A stretch of DNA of 64,000 nt from the human T2T-CHM13v2.0 reference genome, Homo sapiens: the NCBI RefSeq assembly GCF_009914755.1, contig NC_060938.1. One strand, 5' to 3'. A program made the position numbers and the translations under genes. How positions within the stretch are numbered: position 1 is the first letter of the stretch; each line of letters starts with the position of its first letter. Positions 22,045-41,645 of the stretch are shown here, piece after piece. The notes under the pieces were generated by a model. That model worked only from the letters and a program-made list of their open reading frames with translations. It did no database searches and had not been told where the DNA came from.

Positions 22045-23170
22045 ATTGATAATGAGGTGATGTCCTTTCTACCTGTCTAGGACCTTTCCTATCTGGGCCC
22101 TGCTGATAGAAGGAAAGCCAGAGGTCTTTCTGTCTCTCATTCATTTAAATGAGATGAGATAGGAGTTTTAAATTAAGACATTGTAATATTTCAGTCATTG
22201 TTTAAAGTGAAAGGCATTTATTGTTTGTGAAAGGTGTCAGGCCTATTGTCACAGTGACTAAACTTCCATTCACTCATCAAAAATTCTTGAGAAAAAGTTA
22301 AACTTGCCTACCCTGATATTTTTCCTTCCATCAGCAGTTTACTTAATCAGTTATCTCTTTTATGGTAACCCTCTTTGACTGTCAGTTTGGACAATGGTTT
22401 CTGTAATGAAGAAACCTATTGGGGATTGGAGGATCAGACAGAAACTTATTGTTGCCAAGTTAAATAAATGAATGACCCATGCACCATTACTTTAAATAGT
22501 TTCCTTGATTGTTTGGCATTTACTCTTCCAAAGCAAAAGGAACATAGTAATTTCACTTAGGTAAACTAAATAAAATCTTTTATTTTTTTAAATAACTATT
22601 TTTTCACTTCCTATTTTCAAATTTGCTAGAGTAGTTCCTTAAAGGCATCTAATGCCAGTGTTTTGGAAAACATTGAAAATTCAAAGAAAAACATTTGGCT
22701 ATTTTGGATTTTAGTGCTGTGTTTCCCCTAAAACTTTGTAATTTATAATGACCTCTATGTAGCTCTAAAAATAACTTTGCACCTTAAAGGTTCAGGAATT
22801 AGGACATTACGTTTCCTAATATTAAGGAATATTAAATCTTCATTAATGTTTTCAGTTTCCAGAACAGCACGTTAAAGGAGGCAATCAATTTTGGACTTTT
22901 TTCAAGCACACCGTCTTTCCATGCAAATGTTGGGCAGAGTTGTAATTAATAGATACTTGGCAAGAGTTGCATGATGTAGAAAGAGTTATTGTTGTATTCA
23001 TCAAGTTAAAAAATTCTTTCTGAAATAAATTGGTTTTGTTGTTACACAAATTGTAACCAACTACTAGAAACTGCATTCCAGGGTTTCATCTTTTAAGACA
23101 TTCCTGGAAATTCAGTTTGAAACTTCAGCCCTGGTTAGATTGGGAATCAAATTTATAAAATCAAATATAA

Positions 23171-23346
<176 letters not shown>

Positions 23347-23861
23347 ACTCTCAATCTAAATTTAAGAAGAAATAAACTCTTTAGGGCTCTTGTATTTGGC
23401 TGAACATATATGAAATACAAAGGAAGGGACATAATTTCTGCCCTCTATGAGTTTGTAAGCTAATATAGACACTAGTAGTACAGTCAAATTAGTGAAAATT
23501 CATACTATCACAAGGCAAAATGGTACTGTCATTAAATCTATGAACAGAATATTTATATTGTAGATAACGAAGTATATTTTAAGTAGTGGGGAGTAGAAGT
23601 AATAGGTAGATGTTACAGTATATCAGTTAACAGTTCAAAAAATAGCTTGAGAATTAATAACTTCTGAAGTATGACATGAAAAGGAGCAGGATTTTAAAAG
23701 CTTCCCCAGATGATTCTTATTTAATCAGCTTTCAGAATCACTTGTCTAGACCAACCCATCTGATGTTTGAATTCCCTGAATACCTATCAAGAGGTCATCT
23801 AGCCTGTATTTGAATAGGAAGTTTCTGAGATAGTTCATTCAGTTTTGTCGTTTAAGAATTC

Positions 23862-25212
23862 TGGTGCAAAAACAGGCACATAGACCAATGGAACATAATA
23901 GAGAGCCCAGAAGTAAGGCCGCACATCTATGACCATTTGATCTTCAATAAGGCTGACAAAAAACAAGCAATGGGGAAAAGACTTCCTATTTAATCAATGT
24001 TGCTGGGATAACTGGCTATCCATAAGCAGAAGATTGAAGCTGGAACCCTCCCTTACACCATATACAAAAATCAACTCAAGATGGGTTAAAGACTTAAATG
24101 TAAAACCCAAAACTATCAAAACCCTGGAAGACAACCTAGCAATACCATCCTGGACATAGGAATGGCAAAGATTTCATGACAAAGATGCTAACAGCAATCA
24201 CAACAAAAGCAAAAATTGGCAAAAGGGATCTAATTAAAATTAAGAACTTCTGTCCAGCAAAAATAAACTATCAACAGAGTAAACAGACAGCCTACAGAAT
24301 GGGAGAAAATATTCACAAACTATGCATCTGAAAAGGTCTAATATCCAGCATCTATTTACAAGACAAAAAAAAAACATTAAAAAGTGGGCAAAGGACACGA
24401 ACAGACACTTTTCAAAAGAAGGCATGCATGCAGCCAACAAGCATATGAATAAAAGCTCAACATCACTGATCACTAGAGAAATGCAAATCAAAACCACAAT
24501 GAGATATCATCTCACACCAGTCAGAATGGCTGTTATTAATACAAAGTCGAAAAATAACAGATGCTGATGAGATTGCAGAGAAAAGGGAACACATATACAC
24601 TGTTGGTGAGAGTGTAAATTAGCTCAACCATTGTGGAAAGCAGTATGGTGATTCCTCAAAGAGCTAAAGACAGAACTATCATTCAACCTAGCAGTCCCAT
24701 TACTGGGAGTATACCTGAAGGAATGTGAATCATTCTGTCATAAAGACACATGCACGTGTACATTTGTTGCACTACTACTCACAATAGCAAAGATATGGAA
24801 TCAACCTAAATGCCTATCAATGGTAGACTGAATAAAGAAAATATGCTATATACACACCATGGAATACTGTGCATCCATAAAAAAAGAATGTTCCTTTGCA
24901 GGGACATGGATGGAGCTGGAGGCCATTATCCTTAACTACCTAATGCAGGAATAAAAAAACACCCCATGTTCTCACTTATAAGTGGGAAGTAATAATGAGA
25001 ACACATGGACACAAAGAGGGGAACAACACACTGGGGCCTCTCAGAGGGTGAAGGGTGGGAGGAAGGAGAGGAGCTGAAAAAAAGTAACTATTGGGTATTA
25101 GGCTTAATACGTGGGTGATGAAATAATCTGTACAACAAACCCCCATGACACAGGTTTACCTATATGACAAAACTTCACATGTAACCCCGAACCTAAAATA
25201 AAAATTAAAAAA
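23862..25212 (+). mobile_element. Older L1PA (L1PA13-16-like) 3' fragment
   Basis: ORF2 C-terminal remnant [13 protein letters not shown]...[19 protein letters not shown] (24322-24567), a 3' UTR ending acctaaaataaaa, and an A-rich tail. Confidence 0.8.
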
Positions 25213-25874
25213 TTTTGGGGGGCATTTCCTTCATGATATGCCAGACAGATAAAATTCCTTAATGTCTTAAAGTTCAGTGAAGAGTATAATGACCAATATG
25301 TGGACAGGTTCTTACTAAAAACCACTTTTAAATTCATTAAACATTTATATGTAGAAAAAAATACAAATCCCACAGTTTAAAAAGTTGTGCACTTGGTCAT
25401 AGATGTTAGAAATTTGATCAGGATCTGAAATGTAGCTCTGAAGAATGCCTTCACATCTTAAGTATGACAGTATTTGGAAATAGATCAAAGCTTTCCATAT
25501 AAAGTCTCTGTCTCTATTCCTTTATTTCCTGAAAAATACCTGGTTAAATAAAGTTAGGGTAATGGTAATCAGAGAGCAGCAGTTCTCCTCTCTGGAGTTT
25601 TTTTTAGAGAAAGAATATGTATAAAAAGGAATGTGTTCTGTTATTAAAAGGTCTTTGGTATTGGTTTGCTGCAGTCATGAGCAAGCTGAGCTATATGTGC
25701 ATCACAATTTAAAATGCAAAATATTTAACCTTAGAGTTCAACATGAACAAACACTGGAAACCAAAATAGTTTTTTCAATTGTAGAGCCATATGTGTACAA
25801 GTAAGCTCCCCAAGGTGTTTGCTGATCAGTATAAAGATAGATTCAAGACTGGAAAAATACAAGGGTTTTATCTT

Positions 25875-32063
<6,189 letters not shown>

Positions 32064-32280
32064 CAAGGGTTTTATCTTAACTTTACTGGAGACATCAGAA
32101 GGAGGAAGCAGGGAGGAGAGAGAAGGAGAATGAAGACAGACAGACAGACAGACAGAGACAGATATGCACGACAGAGCTGTCTGATTCTGATTCCATCCTA
32201 AGCGCTTTAAAATCCATGAAGGCCTCTTTTGTCCCCAGTGGTTCCTAAGTGAACTCATTCTGGATAGCTCTTGTTAGTTC

Positions 32281-32582
32281 TTTTTTTTTTTTTTTTTTGA
32301 GGTGGAGTCTTGCTCTGTCGCCTAGGCTGGAGTGCAGTGTAGTGGTGTATCTCGGCTCACTGCAAGCCCTGCCTCCTGGGTTCACGCCATTCTCGTTTCA
32401 GCCTCCCAAGTAGCTGGGACTACAGGCACTTGCCACCACGCCTGGCTAATTTTTTTGTATTTTTAGCAGAGACGGGGTTTCACCATGTTAGCCAGGATGG
32501 TCTCAATCTCCTGACCTCATGATCTGCCTTCCTCGGCCTCCCGAAGTGCTGGGATTACAAGCGTGAGCCACCGTGCCCAGCC
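32281..32582 (-). mobile_element. AluY-like
   Basis: Reverse Alu; TSD agctct(t/g)gtta(g/a)ttctt. Confidence 0.9.
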
Positions 32583-32725
32583 AGCTCTGGTTAATTCTTT
32601 ATAGCGTCATTAAGATGAAGTGACTTGAAGCCCATTTAACTGTTCACTCCATTATACTGAAGAGCCAGTATTTGTCACTAAACAGCAGATATGTATCCAG
32701 ATTTCTTTGGCGAACTTGTATTCTT

Positions 32726-35700
32726 TTTTGCTATACACACACACACACACACACACACATACATACATATATATATATACACACATACATATATACAGAT
32801 ATATATATATACACACACATACATCCATACACACACACACACACATACTTTAAGTCCTGGGATACATGTGCAGAACATGCAGGTTTGTTACATAGATATA
32901 CATGTACCATGGTGGTTTCCTGCACCCATCAACCTGTCATCTACATTAGGTATTTCTCCTAATGCTATCTCTCCCCTGGCCCCCAACCTCTGACAGACCC
33001 TGGTGTGTGATATTCCATTCCCTATGTCCATGTTTTCTCTTTGTTCAACTCCCACTTATAAGTGAGAACATGTGGTGTTTGGTTATCTGTTCCTGTGTTA
33101 GTTTGCTGAAAATGATGATTTCCAGCTTCATCCATGTCCCTACAAAGAACATGAACTCATCCTTTTTTATGGCTGCATAGTATTCCATGGTGTATATGTG
33201 CCACTTTTTCTTATCCAGTCCATCATTGATGGGCATTTCAGTTGGTTCCAAGCCTTTGCTATTGTGAACAGTGCTGCAATAAGCATACGTGTGCATGTGT
33301 CTTTATAGTAGAATGATTTATAATCCTTTGGGTATATACCCAGCAATGGGATTGCTGGGTCAATGGTATTTCTGGTTCTAGATCCTTGAGGAATCCCCAC
33401 ACTGTCTTCCACAATGGTTGAACTAATTTACACTCCCACCAACAGTGTAAAAGCATTCCTATTTCTCCACAACCTCTCCAGCATCTGTTGTTTCCTGACT
33501 CTTTAATGATTGCCATTCTAACTGGCATAAGATGGTATCTCATTGTGGTTTTGATTTGCATTTCTCTAATGACCAGTGATGTTGAGCTTTTTTTCATATG
33601 TTTGTTGGCTGTATAAATGTCTTCTTTTGAGAAGTGTCTGTTCATATCTTTTGCCCACTTTTTGATGCAGTTGTTTGTTTTTTTCTTGTAAATTTGTTTA
33701 AGTTCCTTGTACATTCTGGATATTAACCCATGTCAGATGGATAGATTGCAAAAATTTTCTCCCATTCTATAGGTTGGCTGTTTACTATGATGATAATTTC
33801 TTTTGCTGTGCAGAATCTCTTTAGTTTAACTCCATCCCATTTGTCAATATTGGCTTTTATTTTTGCCATTGCTTTTGGTGTTTTAATCATGAAGTCTTTG
33901 CCCATGCCTATATCCTGAATGGTATTCCCTAGGTTTTCTTCTAGGGTTTTCATGGTTTTAGGTCTTACACTTAAGCCTTTAATCCATCTTGAATTAATTT
34001 TTGAATAAGGTGTAAGGTAGGGGTCCAGTTTCAGTTTTCTGCATATGGCTAGCCAGTTTTCCCAACATCACTTATTAAATAGGGAATCCTTTCCCCATTG
34101 CTGGTTTTTGGCAGGTTTGTTAAAGATCAGATGGTTGTAGATGTATGGTGTTATTTCTGAGGCCTCTGTTCTGTTTCATTGGTCTATATCTCTGTTTTGG
34201 TACCAGTATCATGCTGTTTTGATTGCTGTAGACTTGTAGTATAGTTTGAAGTCAGGTAGCGTGATGCCTCCAGCTTTGTTCTTTTCGCTTAGGATTGTCT
34301 TGGCTATATGGGCTCTTTTTTGATTCCGTATGAAACTTAAAGTACCTTTTTCTAATTCTGTGAAGAAAGTCAGTGGTAGCTTGATGGGGATAGCATTGAA
34401 TATATAAATTACTTTGGGCAGTATTGCCATTTTCACAACATTGATTCTTCCTATTCATGAACATGGAATTTTTTTTTCCATTTTTTTGTGTCCTCTCTTA
34501 TTTTCTTGAGCAGCGGTTTGTAGTTCTCCTTGAAGAGGTCCTTCACATCCCTTGTAAATTGGATTCCTAGGTATTTTATTCTCTTTGTAGCAATTGTGAA
34601 TGGGAGTTCACTCATGGTTTGGCTTTTTGTCTGTTATTGGTATATAGGCATGCTTGTGATTTTTGCACATTGATTTTGTATCCTGAGACTTTGCTGAAGT
34701 TGCTGATCAGCTTAAGGAGATTTTGGGCTGAGACGATGGGGTTTTCTAAATATATAATCATGTCATCTGCAAACAAAGACAATTTGAATTCCTGTCTTCC
34801 TATTTGAATACCCTTTCTTTCTTTCTCTTGCCTGATTGCCTTGGCCAGAACTTCCAATACTATTTTGAATAGGAGTGGTAAGAGAGGTCATCCTTGTCTT
34901 GTGTCATTTTTCGAAGGGAATGCTTCCAGCTTTTGCCCATTCAGTATGATACTGGCTGTCGGTTTGTGATAAATAGCTCTTATTATTTTGAGATACATTC
35001 CATCAATACTTAGTTTATTGAGCGTTTTTAGCATGAAGTGGTGTTGAATTTTATCGAAGGCCTTTTTGCATCTATTGAGATAATCATGTGGTTTTTGTCA
35101 TTCGTTCTGTTTATGTGATGGATTATTTTTATTGATTTGCATATATTTAACCAGCCTTGCATGCCAGGGATGAAGCCGACTTGATAATGGTGGATAAGCT
35201 TTTTTATGTGCTGCTGGATTCGGTTTGCCAGTATTTTATTGAGGATTTTTGCATTGATGTTCATCAGTGATATGGGCCTGAAATTTTCTTTTTTTGTTTT
35301 GTCTCTGCCAGGTTTTGGTATCAGGATGATGCTGGCCTCATAAAATGAGTTAGGGAGGACTCCCTCTTTTTCAATTGTTTGGAATAATTTCAGAAGGAAT
35401 GGTACAGTTCCTCTTTGTACCTCTGGTAGAATTCAGCTGTGAATCCATCTGATCCTCGCTTTTATTGGTTGGTGGGCTATTGACTACTGCCTCAGTTTCA
35501 GAACTTACTGGTCTATTCAGGGATTCAACTTTTTCCTGATTTAGTGTTTGGAGGGTGGATGTGTCCTGAAATTTATCCATTTCTCCTAGATGTTCTAGTT
35601 TATTTGCATAGAGGTGTTTATAGTATTCTCTGATGGTAGTTTGTATTTCTGTGGGATCAGTGGTGATATCCCCTTTATCATTTTTTATTGTGTCTATTTG

Positions 35701-36243
35701 ACTCTTCTCTCTTTTCTTCTTTATTAGTCTGGTTAGAGTCTATCTATTTTGTTAATCCTTTGAAAAAATCAGCTCCTAGATTCATGGATTTTTTGAGGAG
35801 TTTTTCTTGTCTCTATCTCCTTCAGTTCTGCTCTGATCTTAGTTATTTCTTGTCTTCTGCTAGCTTTTGAATTTGTTTCCTCTTGCTTCTCTAATTCTTT
35901 TAATTGTGATGTTAGGGTGTCGATTTTAGATCTTTCCTGCTTTCTCCTGTGGGCATTTAGTGCTATAAATTTCCCTCTAAACACCACTTTAGCTGTGTCC
36001 CAGAGATTCTGGTTTGTCGTCTCTTTGTTCTCATTGGTTTTAAAGAACTTCTTTATTTCTGCCTTAATTTCATTACTTACCCAGTAATCATTCAGGAGCA
36101 TGTTGTTCAGTTTCCATGTAGTTGTGTGGTTTTGAGTGAATTTCTTAATCCTGAGTTCTAATTTGATTGCACTGTGGTCTGAGAGACAGTTTGTTATGAT
36201 TTCCATTCTTTTGCATTTGCTCAGGAGTGTTTTACTTCCAACT
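32726..36243 (-). mobile_element. L1PA7-like element, non-inverted 3' part (ORF2 remnants + 3' UTR)
   Basis: Fragmented ORF2 peptides (35769-36206, 35028-35264, 33259-33714). L1PA7-type 3' UTR. Degenerate TSD cgaacttgtattctt (32711-32725) / caaagttggattctt (37675-37689). Confidence 0.88.
32732..32848. repeat. Compound (CA)n/(TA)n/(CATA)n microsatellite at the L1PA7-like 3' terminus
   Basis: Directly visible. Confidence 0.95.
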
Positions 36244-37674
36244 GCTAACTAGAATAACCAGTTTAGAGAAGAACATAAATGACCTGATGGAGCTGAAAAG
36301 CAGCACGAGAACTTCGTGAAGCATTCACAGGTTATCAGTATCCTAATTGATCAAGCAGAAGAAAGAATATCAGAGATTGAAGATCAACTTAATGAAATAA
36401 AGCATGAAGACAAAATTAGAGAAAAAAGAATGAAAAGGAATGAACAAAGCCTTCCAGAAACATGTGAAAAGACCAAACCTACGTTTCATTGGTGTACCTG
36501 AAAGTGACGGTGAGAATGAAACCAAGTTGAAAAACACTCTTCAGGTTATTATCCAGGAGAATTTTCCTTCCCCAATCTAACAAGACAGGCCAACATTCAA
36601 ATTCAAGAAACACAGAGAACACTGCAAAGATACCCCTTGAGAAGAGCAACCCCAAGACATATAATTATCAGATTCACCAAGGTTGAAATGAAGGAAAAAA
36701 TGTTAAGGGCAGCCAGAGAGAAAGGTCGGGTTACCCACAAAGGGAAGCCCATCAGACTAACAGAAAATCTCTCTGCAGAAACCCTATAAGCCAGAAGAGA
36801 GTAGTAGCCAATACTCAACATTCTTAAAGAAAGGAATTTTCAACCCAGAATTTCATATCGAGCCAAACTAAGCTTCATAAGCAAAGCAAAAGAGAAATAA
36901 AATCCTTTATAGACAAGCATCCAGGCCTGCCTTACAAGAGCTCCTGAAGGATGCAGTAAATATGGAAAGGAAAACTGGTACCAGCCACTGCAAAAACATA
37001 CCAAGTTGAAAAGACCATTGACACTATGAAGAAACTGCATCAACTAATGGGTAAAATAACCAGCTAGCATCATAATGACAGCATCAAATTCACAAATAAC
37101 TGTATTAACCTTAAATGTAAGTGGGGTAAATGCCCCAATTAAAAGATGCAGACTGTCAAATTGGATAAAGAGTCAAGACCCATCAGTATGCTGTATTCAG
37201 GAGACCCATTTCATGTGCAAAGACACACATAGGCTCAAAATAAAGGGATGGAGGAATACTTACCAAGCAAATAAAAAGAAAAAAAAGGAAAAAAAGCATG
37301 GGTTGCAATCCTAGTCTCTGATAAAGCAGACTTTAAGCCAGCAAAGATTTAAAAAGACAAAGAAGGGCATTACATAGTGGTAAAGGGATCAATGCAACAA
37401 GAAGAGCTAACTATCCTAAATATATATGCACCCAATAAAGGAGCACCCAGATTCATGTAGAGACCTACAAAGAGACTTAGACTCCCACACAATAATAGTG
37501 GGAGACTTTAGCACCCCACTGTCAATATTAGACAGAACAACGTGACAGAAAATTAACAAGGGTATTCAGGACTTGAACTCAGCCTGGACCAAGCGGATAT
37601 AATAGACATCTACAGAACTCTCCACCCCAAATCAACAGAATATACGTTCTTCTTAGCACCACATCGCACTTACT
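36244..37674 (+). mobile_element. Inverted 5' part of the same L1PA7-like element (mid-ORF1 to ORF2 endonuclease)
   Basis: Plus-strand ORF1 remnant (DQAEERISEIEDQLNEIK) and ORF2 start MTASNSQITVLTLNV (37075). Ends ~15 nt short of where the minus-strand part begins in L1 coordinates. Confidence 0.88.
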
Positions 37675-37839
37675 CAAAGTTGGATTCTTAGCCTTCCAAA
37701 GTTCACATGCTATCTCTCACCAGTATCTTTGTTTTTTTCTTCTTCATCAATTAGGATGATTTAGAACACCAGTAATGTTGATATAGCATTGTTTCCACTT
37801 ATTATTGTGTTTAATTCTTTTTTCCACAGTTGATATAGT

Positions 37840-38139
37840 TTTCTTTTTTTCTTTTTGAGTTGGAGTCTCGCACTGTCACCCAGGCTGGACTGCAGTTCAC
37901 TGCGATCTCGGCTTACTGCAAGCTCCGCCTGCTGGGTTCACGCCATTCTCCTGCCTCAGCCTCCCATGTAGCTGGGACTACAGGCGCCGGCCACCACGCC
38001 CGGCTAATGTTTTGTATTTTTAGTAGAAATGGGGTTTCACCGTGTTAGCCAGGATGGTCTCGATCTCCTGACCTTGTGATCTGCCTGCCTCGGCCTCCCA
38101 AAGTGCTGGGATTACAGGCGTGAGCTGCCGTGCCCAGCC
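37840..38139 (-). mobile_element. AluY-like
   Basis: Reverse Alu; TSD-like ttgatata(g/a)ttttct. Confidence 0.9.
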
Positions 38140-39150
38140 AATTGATATAATTTTCTGTAGGAAGATTTGTTTCTGAAGTGAGCAAAATAATGATTCATTT
38201 CTAAATTAATAAAACATTCTCTTTGTGACTGTAATCACTTGTATAGTCTGTTGGAAAGGAGCAAGAGATCAAAATAGTGACTCATCCAAGAATTATTTAT
38301 ATTTCCTGTTGGTCTGTGAGTACATTTGAGGTGAATTTACCTTTTAAATTATGTTTCTTTCTGCTGATACTAATATTGGTAGGTAATCCTTGATCTTACA
38401 GCAAATAATATTTAAAACTCAGGAATTTTGGGGGTGACAGGAGAAAGACAGAGGAGAGCTAAAAAATACCAATGCCAATCTACTTTATAGTTAATAGAAA
38501 ATTATATTTGGTATTGTTTTTGTTAAACATCAGATGTTGAATGATTATTTTCTTTTGATGCAAGTATATTTCTAAATAAAGGAGAATCAGTAGCACTAAA
38601 TATTAAGAGCAGTGTGAACATTAAAAACAGTTAATTTTTTAAGTCTTATTTGACTTTATATTGGTGTGCTCATAATTGTAAGGTATGGAATTATTTCTCC
38701 AGCTATAACCCTGAGCAGGTTTTGTTGCACATGTCTAGTAGGCTCCAGCACTGAAGTTCTCAATCAAGCAAGAGAATTAGATACAATCTATGCCCTGGGG
38801 ACTAGAATGCATAGTTGAGTTGTTCCACACTGGTATAATTATGATCAGTCTAACATCTGGAATCATCAGTTTTAAATGTTTAACTACTCTGAACTCTGAC
38901 CCAAATCCACATATGCAGTCATAAATAGATTTTCCTCTTAATAGGAGGATTGACAATTAATATTCTAAATAATTATTTTGTAAAATGTTTATGTATTTGC
39001 CAGAATCTGCCAGACAATCAACCTTTTATAGTAAATCTCAGCTGATAGGAAGCCTTTTAAAAGGATTATAAGTTGTGAATTAGCATTTAAACAATATTTT
39101 TAATCGTTTAGACTTAGACATTTACTTTAGAAAATGGACAGAGAATTCTT

Positions 39151-39542
<392 letters not shown>

Positions 39543-39835
39543 TCATTTTTTGCTGCTGTTGACACTTCCTTACAGTCAGTAGAGAGAGCACAAGTTTTCT
39601 ATCAGTCCCTTCATCACAAACTGAAGTGACATCATTAATGATGGTATAAAGGGTGAAAACTCTAGACTAATTCATATTGGCTCATGTTTCTGGGAAAAAT
39701 TTAAATTTAACAGGTAGAAAGCCAAGAATTATAAAGATGAAATGTAATATCAGGTTTCAGAGACCATCTGTTAAGTCGAATGATACAGTAACAAGAATAA
39801 ATTGACATAATTCCTTTAAAATTTAAAAATCTGGG

Positions 39836-40460
<625 letters not shown>

Positions 40461-40464
40461 CTAT

Positions 40465-41645
40465 CAAAGCAAAAATGGACAAATGGGATCACATCACGTT
40501 AAAAAGCTTCTGCACATTAAAGGAACCATCAAAGTGAAGAAACGACCCGGAAATGGGAGAAAATATTTGCAAACTACTCAACTGACAAAGGATTTATAAC
40601 CAGAATATATAAGGAGCTGCAACAACTCTATAGGAAAAAATCTAACAATCCTGTTTAAAAATTGGCAAAAGATCTGAATAGACATTTGTGAAAAGAAGTC
40701 ATACAGTGGCAAACAGACATATGAAAAGGTGCTCAGAATCATTGATAATCAGAGAAATTCAAATCAAAACTACAAAGAGATATCATCTCACCCCAGTTAA
40801 AATGGCTTATGTCCAAAGTCAGGCAATAACAAAGCTGACAAGGATGTGAGGAAAAGGGGACCCTTGTCACTGTTGGTAGGAATGTAAATTAGTACAACCA
40901 CTATCGAGAACAGTTTCGAGGTTCCTCAAAAAACTAAAAATAGAGCTACCATATGATTGAGCAGTCCTATTGCTGGGTATACACCCAAAAGAAAGGAAAT
41001 CAGTATATCAAAGAGGTATCTGTACTCCCATGTTTATTGCAGCAGTGTTCACAATAGCCAAGATTTGAAAGCAACCTAAGTGTCCATCAACAGATGAATG
41101 GTTAAAGAAAATGTGTTATTTATACACAATGGAGTACCATTTAGCTTTGAAAAGAATGAGATCCTGTCATTTGCAACAACGTGGATGGAACTGGATGCCA
41201 TTATGTTAAGTGAAATAAGCCTGGCCAGAAAGACAAACATTGCATGTTCTCACTTATTTGTGGGATCTGAAATTAAAACAATTGAACTTTTGGACAGAGA
41301 GAGTAGAGGATAGTTATTCGAGGTAGGGAAGGGTAGTGGGGTCGGGAGGAGATGGCAGTGGCTAATGGGTACAAAAAAAAATATTTAGAAAGAATGAATA
41401 AGACCTAGTATTTGACAGCACAACAGGGTGACTATAGTCAATAGTAACTTAATTGTACATTTTAAAATATCGAAAAGTTTAATTGTATTGGTTATAACAC
41501 AAAAGATGAATGCCTGAGGGAATGGATACCCCATTTTACATGATGTGGTTATTACACATTGCATGCCTGTATCAAAACATCTCATGGACCCCTTAAATAT
41601 ATATAACTACTATGTACTCACAAAAATTAAAATAAAATTTAAAAT
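40465..41645 (+). mobile_element. L1MA-type 3' fragment
   Basis: ORF2 3' homology and L1MA-like 3' UTR (gcacaacagggtgactatagtcaata...). Probable TSD aaaaatctgggctat (40450-40464) / aaaaatctaggttat (41646-41660). Confidence 0.78.

Noticed and set aside
32652-32993. Multiple overlapping ORFs (CVCVCV / HTHTHT)
   Set aside because: Microsatellite read-through.
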